A DNA stretch of 64,000 bases from an uncultured virus (IMG/VR IMGVR_UViG_3300017991_000098) (IMGVR_UViG_3300017991_000098), one strand, 5' to 3'. Shown: positions 16,615 through 26,692, numbered from the stretch's first letter. Notes: generated by a model from the letters alone, not told the origin. Numbers and translations: made by a program.

Positions 16615-17178
16615 CTAGGAGCACACACATTTTTTGAGTTTGCGGCCACAGACGTTGCATTTGTCATTTGGACTTCTCTTTGGGCCGGTCCTACGAATGG
16701 TGGTGCAATCCCTGGGTTGTATATCTTCTTCCTTGAGACCATCTAAATATGCCCCGGCAACCTGCCAGTAATATGCCAACAAGCCCTCAGCCTCAAATTC
16801 TGCACTATCATTGTCGGAAACTGAAAAGGCATTTACTTTCACCCGCGATGACATTCCAACCTCAAACTTGCCACGAAAATTTGGACTATCAACCCAGTTT
16901 GATGTTAGGTCTGGTGTAACCGACATAGTTAACTCACCATTGATAGATTCTGAGGCAGGAGTAACTACTGCATTAGCATAAACATGGAACCCACCAGGTA
17001 CCTCGTGGTCTTGCATGACCAGCATTCTGCTGTTAGACCCAACTTGATTCGCGCACAGAAAAGCGAAATTTTGCTGGCGGCAAAAAGACGCCATGAGCAA
17101 CCCCAGTCGTTTACACTCATTAATGTCATCTTCATCTACTGGTTCTGTCTCAGTGAAAAGGAATTCATTGTTAAGCAT
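16615..17178 (-). CDS. Peptide-deformylase-like protein with degenerate active site and SEC-C-like tail
   Basis: LCANQVG (cf. GxGLAAxQIG), RVKVNA, GLLAYYWQVAGAYLDG (cf. QHExDHLxG), PNDKCNVCGRKLKKC. Confidence 0.65.
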   Translation of the reverse strand: MLNNEFLFTETEPVDEDDINECKRLGLLMASFCRQQNFAFLCANQVGSNSRMLVMQDHEVPGGFHVYANAVVTPASESINGELTMSVTPDLTSNWVDSPNFRGKFEVGMSSRVKVNAFSVSDNDSAEFEAEGLLAYYWQVAGAYLDGLKEEDIQPRDCTTIRRTGPKRSPNDKCNVCGRKLKKCVCS

Positions 17179-17386
17179 GTGTTAGACCCCTACAACAGTT
17201 ATTTAAATGCATATTTACTCAAATACCGAAACACGGAACTCGAGTCTACACCATGAAAAAGACCGCAGTGGTAGAAACTGTAAAAGGCGAAATGGAATTG
17301 ATATCTTATTGGGATGTTTGTAATATATAAAATAACCCCACCAGGGGGTCCCTCATATTGACGGTTAGCAGCTGGTGGGGAGCAAG

Positions 17387-17632
17387 TTATCTACGGGCAT
17401 CGATTATGACTGGGAGGCTACTGTTGCGGATTATCTCTATTACGGCCTTGGCCTTATCTGGGTTGGCAGTAGTATGCAATGAAATATAATTGCCGTCACC
17501 AAGTGGAACCTCAATCCCAGTGCCATAACCTTCTGCGAAATGGCCATCATGAATGACTATTTCACCTTCGTAATTGGGGTCATAGGCTTCGCCGATCTTC
17601 TTCAGCTGGCTGCAAGTGGGTTCGTTTTCCAT
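17387..17632 (-). CDS. Hypothetical protein
   Basis: 81-aa ORF. Confidence 0.5.
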   Translation of the reverse strand: MENEPTCSQLKKIGEAYDPNYEGEIVIHDGHFAEGYGTGIEVPLGDGNYISLHTTANPDKAKAVIEIIRNSSLPVIIDARR

Positions 17633-17636
17633 GATA

Positions 17637-18143
17637 TTATCCTAGTTCTGGGAACAACTGGGCCGGGTCACGACCTGTCTTGTCGGAAAGATTCTTGAGA
17701 GTCTGGAAGGACGGACGACGCTTGCCACTACCCTTGCTGAGCTTATACCTGGACAGAGTAGAGGAATGAACACCAACCTGCTTGGCGAGCTTTTCCTGGG
17801 TTTGGCCAGTTGCCTTCAGGCCCTTAGCCAGCGGACCCTTGGCTGGAAGGTCCTGGATGGAGGCAGTTGGTGCCTTCTGTGAGCTTGGCTTAAATCTCTT
17901 GGCCTGTTGCTTCTTCTCCATGAGGGCTATTTGGCTGCAGGTCATATTCTCAACAGGTCCCTCATAATTAATTGGGATCTCTGGTTCAGGTTCTGGTGCG
18001 GTCATACCAACAGACTGCTCTACAGTTTCCACAGCATCTTGTAAATTGGCATATTCTTCTGGACTATATTGATTTTTGAGGTGAGCCTCTAAATGCTCTC
18101 TGGCCATATTTACAACTAGTGTGATAGCCTCATCATATTGCAT
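17637..18143 (-). CDS. XRE-family HTH protein
   Basis: TQEKLAKQVGVHSSTLSRY...RPSFQTL. Confidence 0.75.
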   Translation of the reverse strand: MQYDEAITLVVNMAREHLEAHLKNQYSPEEYANLQDAVETVEQSVGMTAPEPEPEIPINYEGPVENMTCSQIALMEKKQQAKRFKPSSQKAPTASIQDLPAKGPLAKGLKATGQTQEKLAKQVGVHSSTLSRYKLSKGSGKRRPSFQTLKNLSDKTGRDPAQLFPELG

Positions 18144-18199
18144 ACTTATCTCCTACGGTATGTATCTCAGTACGATATCTTTGACTATAGGAAACCACA

Positions 18200-18796
18200 A
18201 TGACCCCCAATATCCTGATCCTCGGGCGCACTCAGGCCGGAAAAACAACAGCAGCAGAGATACTAGTAAAAAAGTTTGGATGGTCCACTTCCAATACTTC
18301 CGATCAGATAATCCATGATTATGCCGAAAATTGTGGCCTTGGCCTAACGGTCAATGAAATACTAGCCAATAAAGACCAACACAGGATGGCTCTTTACGAA
18401 TATGGGATAGAAGCTCAGTCCGTAGAGCCGGATTACCCCGTAGGACGCATGCTCAAAACCAGCAATATTATTGCTGGGGTTAGGACCCCCGAACAACTTA
18501 AAGCAGTGCATTCATTGTTCGACAATATTCTTTGGATAGAAAAGGATGTCCCAGCTGGACCCACAGATGCCATATCTTGGGATCTGTTGAGGTCTGGCGG
18601 ATACGGAGCCATCAAGATTGATAATAACGGGACCATAAAAGAAATGGAAGCAATGTTGTGCTCGCTATTTATACCGGATTCCTGTCCAGTGTGTCATACC
18701 ACCAAGAGTGTGATGTTTAAGGATGGGTGGCTTGAGTGCTCTAGGTGCGGTTCCCACTGTCATCTAACTTCTTTACCCGGAGCTTCGGAGGCTTAA
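18200..18796 (+). CDS. dNMP-kinase-like P-loop protein
   Basis: GRTQAGKTT, IIAGVR, IDNNGT. Confidence 0.7.
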   Translation: MTPNILILGRTQAGKTTAAEILVKKFGWSTSNTSDQIIHDYAENCGLGLTVNEILANKDQHRMALYEYGIEAQSVEPDYPVGRMLKTSNIIAGVRTPEQLKAVHSLFDNILWIEKDVPAGPTDAISWDLLRSGGYGAIKIDNNGTIKEMEAMLCSLFIPDSCPVCHTTKSVMFKDGWLECSRCGSHCHLTSLPGASEA

Positions 18797-18876
18797 CAAA
18801 GAAACTCATTTGGCGCTTCTTTTTCCTTTTGCCTGGCATTCCAGGATGACCACCAATGGGTTCCCAATGACCTTGC

Positions 18877-19152
18877 TCATGAAGAATCTTCAGTTTCATC
18901 TCTATCCTCGAACAGTTTACAGGTATTTGTAACTTCGGGGTTTCTGATCCAGTAACCCAAAAGCCTTTCGTGCCTTTCAATTACCTGGATTTTGATTTTG
19001 CATTTTGTAATATAACTACGATCGGTTTCAGAATGACGGCATCGATAACAAGAATGTTTTTTGCCTTTTGTCATCCTAATGTCCCTACATGGATAACGCA
19101 TCACGTCCGAGTTAAAGGAGATAGCCGATATTGCAGAAATCGGTGTAATCAC
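18877..19152 (-). CDS. Hypothetical Cys-rich protein
   Basis: CYRCRHS...C...CKLF; start uncertain. Confidence 0.4.
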   Translation of the reverse strand: MITPISAISAISFNSDVMRYPCRDIRMTKGKKHSCYRCRHSETDRSYITKCKIKIQVIERHERLLGYWIRNPEVTNTCKLFEDRDETEDSS

Positions 19153-19181
19153 TTAGCACTCTCCTAAAGGTATGTTTGAAT

Positions 19182-20828
19182 ATGAAAGAAATAGACAAAA
19201 ACTTTCCATTTAATGAATATAGGCCACACCAAAAAGAAACGATCTTAAAGATGTTGGCCAAATTCGACAAAGTCGATAACATAATACTCGAGAGTCCAGT
19301 AGGTACTGGGAAATCGGTATTGGCAGTCACGTTGTCGAATCTTCTTGGCAGATCATACTACCTCACAATTCAGCGTATACTGCAAGACCAGATCATAAAT
19401 GACTTCCGTTCTCAGGGAATGGTTGAACTAAAGGGTCGTAGTAATTATGAATGTTGGTTCCTGAATCGCATGGCCCAGGTGTCACGCAATGAAACTGCCA
19501 AATTCCTGGATGAAGCAGAGCAAACCGGCAGAAAACTCAACCTAGACAGGGAAGATGACGACGAGGACGAAGAATACGAAGAAGTAGAAAAGCGAAAGTA
19601 TTACGCCAATAAAGGGCGTTGCGTGCGTAAGGGCAAGAGCTTTCTGAAAGGTTGCATAGACAAGAACAAATGCGCCTATAAAAACCAAATAGACGCAGCC
19701 ACGTTCGCCAGGCATTCTGTGTTCAACTTCTCAAGCTTCCTATATCAAAGACGAGCCGGTAGGTTTGGAGAGGAAAGAGACCTGCTTGTGATAGACGAGG
19801 CGCATCAAATTGAACCACAAATAATGGATTATGTTGATGTCACTATTGATGGTAGTGACATTGGTCAGGCATTGCCAGAATATGAAACCGCATTGGAGTA
19901 TCGAGACTATTTCGAACAGGTTGGTCTTACCAAGATAATTGCTGGCCACATGATGCAGGCCGAAAGTGATGAAGATATCGATGAGATGGAGAAGTGGACC
20001 AGGATTCAGGGTAAGTATAACACATTTAAGTTATATGTAGAACATGTGGATTGTGTCGCCGAACTCAAGAAAAACGTGGTGACTATCAAACCACTATATG
20101 CCACTTACCACGCTCCTCGTTTGTTACTCCCAGCTGGACGTCGCCGTCTCTTTATGTCAGCAACCATATTAAATCCGCGCATCTTCGGCGACAGCATCGG
20201 TCTGGACCCAGAAAAAACTGCATATATAACAGTACCGCACACCTTTCCGGTTGCTAATAGGCCCATTCACCTGGATTATGCTGGGTCCATGAAATTTAGC
20301 AACCGCAAGAAAACCATGCCTGCCATGATCAAGAAAATCGACAAGATCATGACCAAGCACAAAGGTGAACGTGGTATCATCCACTGCCAATCCTTTGGTA
20401 TTATGGATGCTATTCTGTCTGGGTTGTCGTCCAAGAACAAACGCCGGATCATAGACCAGCGTGAGTACCGAAGAAGAGAGGAAGTACTCGCCACACAGTC
20501 TATAAGCACAGATTCTGTCATTATGGCCCCAGCCATGCATGAAGGCCTAGACCTGAAGGGTGATCTATCCCGGTTCCAAATCCTAATGAAGGTCCCATAC
20601 CCAGACGCCTCAAACAACAAACAGCTTAAGGTCAGAATGAATGAGTCCTGGCAATATTATTTGTGGTTGACAGCGTTAAAGTTTGTACAGAGCTATGGGC
20701 GCAGCATCCGTGCCCAAGATGATTGGGCAGAGACTTATATTCTAGATAGCGATTTTGACAGGTTCTATGGTATGGCTGATCGATTCAGCCTGCTTCCGGA
20801 TTGGTTTGTTGAGGCGATCCAGGTTTAA
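19182..20828 (+). CDS. DinG/XPD (Rad3)-like SF2 helicase
   Basis: YRPHQ Q-motif, ESPVGTGKS, LKGRSNYEC, VIDEAH, MSAT, EGLDL, KVPYP, QSYGRSIR. Confidence 0.9.
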   Translation: MKEIDKNFPFNEYRPHQKETILKMLAKFDKVDNIILESPVGTGKSVLAVTLSNLLGRSYYLTIQRILQDQIINDFRSQGMVELKGRSNYECWFLNRMAQVSRNETAKFLDEAEQTGRKLNLDREDDDEDEEYEEVEKRKYYANKGRCVRKGKSFLKGCIDKNKCAYKNQIDAATFARHSVFNFSSFLYQRRAGRFGEERDLLVIDEAHQIEPQIMDYVDVTIDGSDIGQALPEYETALEYRDYFEQVGLTKIIAGHMMQAESDEDIDEMEKWTRIQGKYNTFKLYVEHVDCVAELKKNVVTIKPLYATYHAPRLLLPAGRRRLFMSATILNPRIFGDSIGLDPEKTAYITVPHTFPVANRPIHLDYAGSMKFSNRKKTMPAMIKKIDKIMTKHKGERGIIHCQSFGIMDAILSGLSSKNKRRIIDQREYRRREEVLATQSISTDSVIMAPAMHEGLDLKGDLSRFQILMKVPYPDASNNKQLKVRMNESWQYYLWLTALKFVQSYGRSIRAQDDWAETYILDSDFDRFYGMADRFSLLPDWFVEAIQV

Positions 20829-22378
20829 CGTTCATAAACGAATCTGAGCTTTTTCTCGCCAAACACCTTATTGTAATTGTGTTTAGTTGCATATTCAGAT
20901 TCTGTTAAGGACATTTTACGGGCTCTGTTATATAGAGTCTTTTTGTGCATCACCCAACCATTAATCGAAACATACCAGTAATCTGGCTTAACCTCACCAT
21001 CCAATCTAAAGTTGCAAGCCTTGTATGTGGCACCGTTGTGGTTAAAGGTAGTGTCGCAGTAGGATATAACCGTTCGGTACTTGTCTGGCAATCTTTTTAT
21101 GCATCTTGAAACGAACCATGATGCGAAATTCTTTTTCTGGTATCTTGGGTGTATACAGAGTCGTGACAATTCCCTAGTGGTCTCCCTATCCCACGGAAGA
21201 TTTTGCCTAGTCAATGGACTAAAAACACAAACAGCCACCAAGCAATCCATCAAATAGGCACCAAGAACGTTGCCACCGCGACCAGCATTTGATAAATAAT
21301 GGTACTTCGACAAGAGGCTTCTATATTCATCAGCAGTACTGGGTTTTATATTGATGTCGCCGAATTCAAAATCAACCGCCTCAATACTCGACAAGCCAAC
21401 CCAGTACTTAATCAACTCAATAACACGGTCTTTGCAGCCAAACTCGTGCTCCCACAAATACCGCAGTTCGTAGTCTTTACAATAACGCTCAACGTAAGTT
21501 GATTTTGCTTTGTCGTTTCTAACCGCCTTACCTAGAGAATGCCAGTATTCGCCCTGGCACTCTATTAGAAGCGTCTTGTTGTGTAACTGTATGGCGCAGT
21601 CAAAGCAATATGGACCTATTTGGTGTTCAGCTTCATAAACAACACCGAGGTCATCCAATATGGAATACAACACCAATTGTATTGACGAAATGCGCGGCAT
21701 ATTGGACCTAACAACGGCCATCTTTTCTCTATATGCTGGGTCTTTCCACAGCCTTAGGGCATTCTCTCTAGCTATTTTCTGCATCCGTTCCCTATAGCCC
21801 GGAATAGACCAGATTTTTCTCATTGATTCTCTATACGGCTCGCTCCTCCTTTTCTCTATGATGCCGGCCTTGCGATCCTCATCGGCCCAATATGAGCTAG
21901 CCTTCTTAGCATTGTCCACCAACTTTGACTTTGGCATTTTGCCCATGCCAAGCTTGACAGCCTCAGAAAATTCCTTATTACCCTTTCTATTCTCATAGGA
22001 CTTGTCATATATACCACGGCTAGACTTGCGAGAACAACTTATACAAAGGTTGTTCAATTTTGCTGTTCTACGTTGTACGGTCCTGGCCTTGCCGCATCCG
22101 GGACAAACAACTTCTACCGCATCAGTGTTTGATGTGGAATTTATTCGCCTTTTGCGTGCAGATTCAGCACTGGCTTTGGCACCACATTCAGAACACCTGT
22201 TATAACCAAGCTTTTTCTTTTGCTTATAGAAGTTTGGGGACGTCATTGAGGTAAGATTGCCACATTCGTGGCAATTAAATGTCTTACGCTTTGCTGCCAT
22301 AGAAATAAAATACTATATGGTATGGCAGACCGGTTTAACCTGCTTCCGGATTGGTTTGTTGAGGCAATTCAGATCTAG
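20766..22378 (+). repeat. 63-bp imperfect direct repeat (20766-20828 and 22316-22378) of the helicase 3' end
   Basis: YGMADRFSLLPDWFVEAIQV* versus YGMADRFNLLPDWFVEAIQI*; 10 mismatches, 8 at third codon positions. Confidence 0.9.
20825..22300 (-). CDS. Zn-ribbon + Vsr/DUF559-like endonuclease + Mom-like GNAT fusion, copy 1
   Basis: FDC...LIECQGEYWH...DKAK...LWEHE; YHYL...RELSRLC...NFASWFVSR...ISYCD...HNGATYKACNF. Confidence 0.75.
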   Translation of the reverse strand: MAAKRKTFNCHECGNLTSMTSPNFYKQKKKLGYNRCSECGAKASAESARKRRINSTSNTDAVEVVCPGCGKARTVQRRTAKLNNLCISCSRKSSRGIYDKSYENRKGNKEFSEAVKLGMGKMPKSKLVDNAKKASSYWADEDRKAGIIEKRRSEPYRESMRKIWSIPGYRERMQKIARENALRLWKDPAYREKMAVVRSNMPRISSIQLVLYSILDDLGVVYEAEHQIGPYCFDCAIQLHNKTLLIECQGEYWHSLGKAVRNDKAKSTYVERYCKDYELRYLWEHEFGCKDRVIELIKYWVGLSSIEAVDFEFGDINIKPSTADEYRSLLSKYHYLSNAGRGGNVLGAYLMDCLVAVCVFSPLTRQNLPWDRETTRELSRLCIHPRYQKKNFASWFVSRCIKRLPDKYRTVISYCDTTFNHNGATYKACNFRLDGEVKPDYWYVSINGWVMHKKTLYNRARKMSLTESEYATKHNYNKVFGEKKLRFVYER

Positions 22379-22830
22379 CGGTACGCGTCTTTGACGGCAT
22401 TTCTTTTCTGATACAACTCATCTAAAAATGGGTGCCTCTGGGCCGACATGATGATATCTCTGGGGTCACCATAACCAATTTCCTGGGCGATCTCAACAGC
22501 GCTATCCGATATCTCACCCAAGTCAGAAACTATAGCCCCCAGTCTTTGTTTCATTGGCTGATTCTTTGACTTATTCTTAATGTCCTCTATCTGTCGCATC
22601 ACACCAAAGATCATGTCTCTAACCATGGCTATGAATTTAGGATGTCGCCGAACCATGTCCCATTTTGGTTTGTTTTTATAATTACCAAGGCCATATGAGG
22701 CAACTGCTGACTTGGATATCTCTTCGTCAGTGTACCGTGTGGGTTTCTGCCATTTGATCCCTGGATCAGATATGCCCAGTTCTTCCCAACCTTCGGTGAG
22801 GATGTGGTCTAACTCTTCTTTGAAATTCAT
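22375..22830 (-). CDS. Hypothetical protein (possible internal virion protein)
   Basis: Starts MNFKEELDHILTE at a TAATG overlap. Confidence 0.6.
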   Translation of the reverse strand: MNFKEELDHILTEGWEELGISDPGIKWQKPTRYTDEEISKSAVASYGLGNYKNKPKWDMVRRHPKFIAMVRDMIFGVMRQIEDIKNKSKNQPMKQRLGAIVSDLGEISDSAVEIAQEIGYGDPRDIIMSAQRHPFLDELYQKRNAVKDAYR

Positions 22831-23054
22831 TAGTCTAGATCGAACCAAGTGCGGAACCAGTCCTCGGTGTAACCATCTTCACTGTCTATTTCTGGGAATT
22901 CAACAAACTTCTGACCAGCAATCTCGACTTCTTCTGCGCCTGGCACCATCACAACGATGTCGTCTGGTGTGAGGAAATTGAGTGCCGAATTTGTTGTATC
23001 GGATAGACGGGCATATCCGTTAATGACCGGAAACCTGCGTGTAATAGTAATCAC
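22830..23054 (-). CDS. Hypothetical protein
   Basis: GTG start with GGAG RBS. Confidence 0.55.
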   Translation of the reverse strand: MITITRRFPVINGYARLSDTTNSALNFLTPDDIVVMVPGAEEVEIAGQKFVEFPEIDSEDGYTEDWFRTWFDLD

Positions 23055-23063
23055 AATATTCTC

Positions 23064-23438
23064 CTATATGGCGAATTTGAGAATACCACCAACTATTGTC
23101 AGAACTGCCACCACTATACCCATAAGTAGGTATAATCTCCTGATGACTTTCTCACACTCAGCCCGGATATCCCCAGCTCGCGCCTCATTGTGTTTAGCAA
23201 AAGCATCCTTAATTCTGTCGTTCACCTCAGCGAGTATCTCGTTCTGCAGACGATCCCTCTCGTTTCTAGAGGTGGCCCTATTTTCGCTCAACTTTCGCTC
23301 TAAAAGTAGGTCCAACGAATCCGATATGGCTTGGCGGATTTTGTTTGACTCTTCTACAGTGAGACTGCGAGTATTCAGGACCTCGTGAACTATTTTCTCT
23401 ACCTTGAGTTCGAATACTTCGTCTTCTTTTCCAGCCAT
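23064..23438 (-). CDS. Coiled-coil protein with C-terminal transmembrane helix
   Basis: LYLLMGIVVAVLTIVGGILKFAI. Confidence 0.65.
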   Translation of the reverse strand: MAGKEDEVFELKVEKIVHEVLNTRSLTVEESNKIRQAISDSLDLLLERKLSENRATSRNERDRLQNEILAEVNDRIKDAFAKHNEARAGDIRAECEKVIRRLYLLMGIVVAVLTIVGGILKFAI

Positions 23439-23439
23439 A

Positions 23440-23850
23440 TTAACCCGCCATGTTCATTTGCATCAGTACGGAAGTCTCAACCGCTTGTCTGACAATGTCG
23501 TCTTGTACCCGAATAACCTTCTCTGGATCTCTCATGAGGTCTGATTTCTCAAAGTAGAACTGAAAACCGCGACTGTATCCAGGATGTACTTCATCAGATA
23601 TGATGCGTACCTTGCCGGGAACATCGGTCCTAGCAAGCACGTTACGGGCTACATTGGCTCCATTAGTGCCGCCAAGACTGTGGTCAATCAGGATGTAATC
23701 GAACTCTTGAATTTTTGACCAGAAGTCTTCCAAACTGTCCGGATACAGGAAACTATGACATGAAAATCCCAGTTTCTTATATAGATCGGACAGCTTTAAA
23801 AGCATGGGCAAGCTGGAATCTATGATTGCAACACTTGGCTTGGGTTCCAT
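23440..23850 (-). CDS. Response-regulator receiver-like protein
   Basis: VAIIDS, FDYILIDHSLGGTNG, IIS, conserved K. Confidence 0.65.
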   Translation of the reverse strand: MEPKPSVAIIDSSLPMLLKLSDLYKKLGFSCHSFLYPDSLEDFWSKIQEFDYILIDHSLGGTNGANVARNVLARTDVPGKVRIISDEVHPGYSRGFQFYFEKSDLMRDPEKVIRVQDDIVRQAVETSVLMQMNMAG

Positions 23851-23954
23851 TTTCCTATGTATTCCTCCTACCAATATTTCCTCTTTATTTTTGAAGCAAC
23901 TTTCTGGCGGTTATATGAAGCGTAGCACCAGTATTTCAGGGAACCAGGAGGACA

Positions 23955-24308
23955 GTGTTTATGTATATTGTGATTTATGGCGTCATGTCTGATGACAAGG
24001 ACGAAGTTGAGGTTGACGGTCCATTCTACTATGGATGTGCACCAGAAGAGGAAGAGGCCACAAAACTGGCTAAAGACCTTGCCAATAGCCCAACCAAGGA
24101 CGTTGTGATACCACGCGTCATGCCTGCCAAAGAAACTGAAACAATACCCATTCTGATGATGAGGGCTCAGGATTCTTGGTTCAAGAGATTCAAAATCAGG
24201 GCTAAGGCTGCGTCACACACCATAAAACGCGAACTAGAAACTACACTGTGTCCATTCCAGAACGCATCCCTGTGTAAAATCCTTAAGCTTTCAGGATTGT
24301 CGGCATGA
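23955..24308 (+). CDS. Hypothetical protein
   Basis: GGAGG RBS; ATGA overlap with the next gene. Confidence 0.6.
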   Translation: MFMYIVIYGVMSDDKDEVEVDGPFYYGCAPEEEEATKLAKDLANSPTKDVVIPRVMPAKETETIPILMMRAQDSWFKRFKIRAKAASHTIKRELETTLCPFQNASLCKILKLSGLSA

Positions 24309-24856
24309 TTAGAAGAATCAATCTATTCGCCGGCCCTGGTGCTGGAAAATCAACCGCAGCAGCAGCCATATATTCAGACCTCAAGCGCCGTGGTTATAGC
24401 GTAGAACTCATCAACGAGTACATCAAAGGTTGGGCATATGAAGCTAGGGAAGTTAAGCCATATGACCAATTATATGTGTTTGCAAAACAACTACGCAAAG
24501 AAGAATTAGTTCTGCGAAATGGTGTGGATTTGATCGTCACAGACTCCCCCATCCTTCTGTCCATCTCTTACGCCAGGAAATATGGTTTCAAAGACTGGAA
24601 AGCGCTGCTTGATGTGGCCTGTGGATTTGAGAAGGAGTATCCATCTCTCAACATTTATCTAGATAGGGGTGACTGCCCCTATCAGGAAGATGGACGGTGG
24701 GAAACAAGAAAACAGGCAGTAGAAATGGATCGCCAGATCAAAGAACTAATGGAAGAGTGGCTCAATAATTGGACCGAATCGCCATATGATGCCCATGCTG
24801 CACTGGTGGAAATAGTAGAAGAGAAGATTGATGAGCAAGAAACCGTTGGGGCATAA
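24305..24856 (+). CDS. P-loop NTPase (AAA_28/NadR-like)
   Basis: INLFAGPGAGKST, IVTDSP. Confidence 0.8.
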   Translation: MIRRINLFAGPGAGKSTAAAAIYSDLKRRGYSVELINEYIKGWAYEAREVKPYDQLYVFAKQLRKEELVLRNGVDLIVTDSPILLSISYARKYGFKDWKALLDVACGFEKEYPSLNIYLDRGDCPYQEDGRWETRKQAVEMDRQIKELMEEWLNNWTESPYDAHAALVEIVEEKIDEQETVGA

Positions 24857-25571
24857 AGCCTACGGACACATACCGCACCTGCCAGGTTCTCGTATGGGTC
24901 CTGGTGACCACCATTGTGATGAGGGCCAGAAAAAGATCTGTACCCAAAAAGCACGAGATAAACACGACCTCATCATCGTGCAGGAGAAGGTTGATGGTAC
25001 CAATGTTGCCATCACCAGGATCGACGGGCAGATAATCCCGCTAACACGTAGTGGGTATCGGGCCGAGACCAGCAAGTACAAGCAGCATCACATGTTCGCC
25101 AAGTGGGTCATGCAAAACACTGACCGATTTGAATTTCTCAAAGAAACAGAGACAATAAACGGTGAGTGGATGGTACAGGCACATGGCACTCGTTACAAAT
25201 TACCCCACGAACCATTCGTACTGTTCGATATGATCATCCCAGACGAAGAATCAAAATTTGGTCGCTGGCGTATTCCATTTAAGGATCTGATCTGGATAGC
25301 CCAGGTCAATAAATTCGTGATGCCCAAGCTGCTCCATATAGGAGCCCCAGTTTCCATAGAGGAAATTCGTGGTATACTTGAACCCAGTGGACACGGGGCC
25401 ATAGACCCCGTGGAGGGGGCCGTGTGGAGAGTGGAGCGCAGAGGTAGGTTCGACTTCGTCGCCAAGTGGGTTAGGCCAGACAAAGAAGATGGATCATACC
25501 TACCAGGCCGTGGATCCGATGACGGCATTATTTGGAATTCTTGGTTCGGTTGGGCTTTTTTAGGCCCCTAA
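24828..25571 (+). CDS. RNA ligase (Rnl2-like nucleotidyltransferase)
   Basis: QEKVDGTN (motif I), GEW, FVLFD, EGAVWR, AKWV. Confidence 0.85.
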   Translation: MMSKKPLGHKAYGHIPHLPGSRMGPGDHHCDEGQKKICTQKARDKHDLIIVQEKVDGTNVAITRIDGQIIPLTRSGYRAETSKYKQHHMFAKWVMQNTDRFEFLKETETINGEWMVQAHGTRYKLPHEPFVLFDMIIPDEESKFGRWRIPFKDLIWIAQVNKFVMPKLLHIGAPVSIEEIRGILEPSGHGAIDPVEGAVWRVERRGRFDFVAKWVRPDKEDGSYLPGRGSDDGIIWNSWFGWAFLGP

Positions 25572-25733
25572 CAAGCTTTACTACTTTAAGTGGTTTTCCT
25601 TCGTAAAGAGGTTCCGCAATGTCGTCGCCAATTATTTCACCGGTGGCGGCGTTGACACCAATACAGTGATCAATCTTCTTATCCATTGGAATTCCTCCGG
25701 TACCTATAGTATCTTTATTAGAAGGATGTTATT

Positions 25734-26270
25734 ATGAAACAAGATACCATTAGTAACATCATAGGTTATGCTTCCAAGTCTGTTGTATTGCTGACAGTGT
25801 CAGCATTGATTTATCATATCAAGTTTCAACTATTGGGTGGCACTGAAAACCTGTTGGTGTGGGGCATTTGGATGGGCATGTTGATCGAATTTGCCGCCAC
25901 TTTAACTGGACTGATCATGCTGACATTATCAGCGATAATGTTACTGATAGTGTCAGAAAAGGCATGCATCTTAGACAGAGATAAAGAAAAATTCCGTGAT
26001 AACATTAAAAATGTCAGTTATGTCAAAAACATATTCTGGTATTGCGTTAGCGTGTTCCGCGTCAGCCTTCTAGCATATTTGGGGTGGGTAGCTTCAACGG
26101 TTATGGGGTCAGTGATTATATTACTGGGACTTAGCAGCATGATTATTGGACATTATGTGGTATCAAAATGCAAAAAGCTGGTGGCAGAGTATGATACTTG
26201 TCATAGTTGCAAAGATGGATGTGACTGTGATAGTCATGGCGTTGGTTGCCTGTGCAATCCGGAGAAGTAG
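25734..26270 (+). CDS. Membrane protein
   Basis: Several hydrophobic segments; Cys-rich tail. Confidence 0.6.
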   Translation: MKQDTISNIIGYASKSVVLLTVSALIYHIKFQLLGGTENLLVWGIWMGMLIEFAATLTGLIMLTLSAIMLLIVSEKACILDRDKEKFRDNIKNVSYVKNIFWYCVSVFRVSLLAYLGWVASTVMGSVIILLGLSSMIIGHYVVSKCKKLVAEYDTCHSCKDGCDCDSHGVGCLCNPEK

Positions 26271-26272
26271 AA

Positions 26273-26692
26273 ATGAAGAAAACTGCATGTGTTGATCTAG
26301 ACGGAACACTTATTCGATTTGATGAGTGGCGTGGTGTGGAATACTTCGGAGACCCACTTCCCGGAGCTAAAGAGTTCCTTTCTAAGTTACGGGAGAAGTT
26401 TGATGTGGTCATCTACACTTGTAGGTGCACGGAAGGCATCGACGGGCCAGAGAAAGCATCTCTCCTAAGAAATCGAGTGCGCGATGAACTAGATCGGTTG
26501 GGCTTCGAATACGACCACATCTGGATTGGCCAGGGAAAACCCATAGCGTCGGTCTACATTGATGATAAGGGAATGCGTTGCGACCCTGCTGCTGACAACT
26601 TGGCCTATCAGAGAATATTATATGCTCTTGGGTTCCGTGAGGATGGGTCAGGAGTTGGCGGCGTCGATGATGCCAATAATATGGTAGATTAA
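26273..26692 (+). CDS. HAD-superfamily phosphatase-like protein
   Basis: VDLDGTL, IYTCR, GKP...YIDD. Confidence 0.85.
   Translation: MKKTACVDLDGTLIRFDEWRGVEYFGDPLPGAKEFLSKLREKFDVVIYTCRCTEGIDGPEKASLLRNRVRDELDRLGFEYDHIWIGQGKPIASVYIDDKGMRCDPAADNLAYQRILYALGFREDGSGVGGVDDANNMVD

Noticed and set aside
17336..17380. CCCCACCAG...CTGGTGGGG inverted repeat as a riboswitch or ncRNA
   Set aside because: A single stem after a stop codon with an adjacent T-rich run; most simply a terminator, with no further support.
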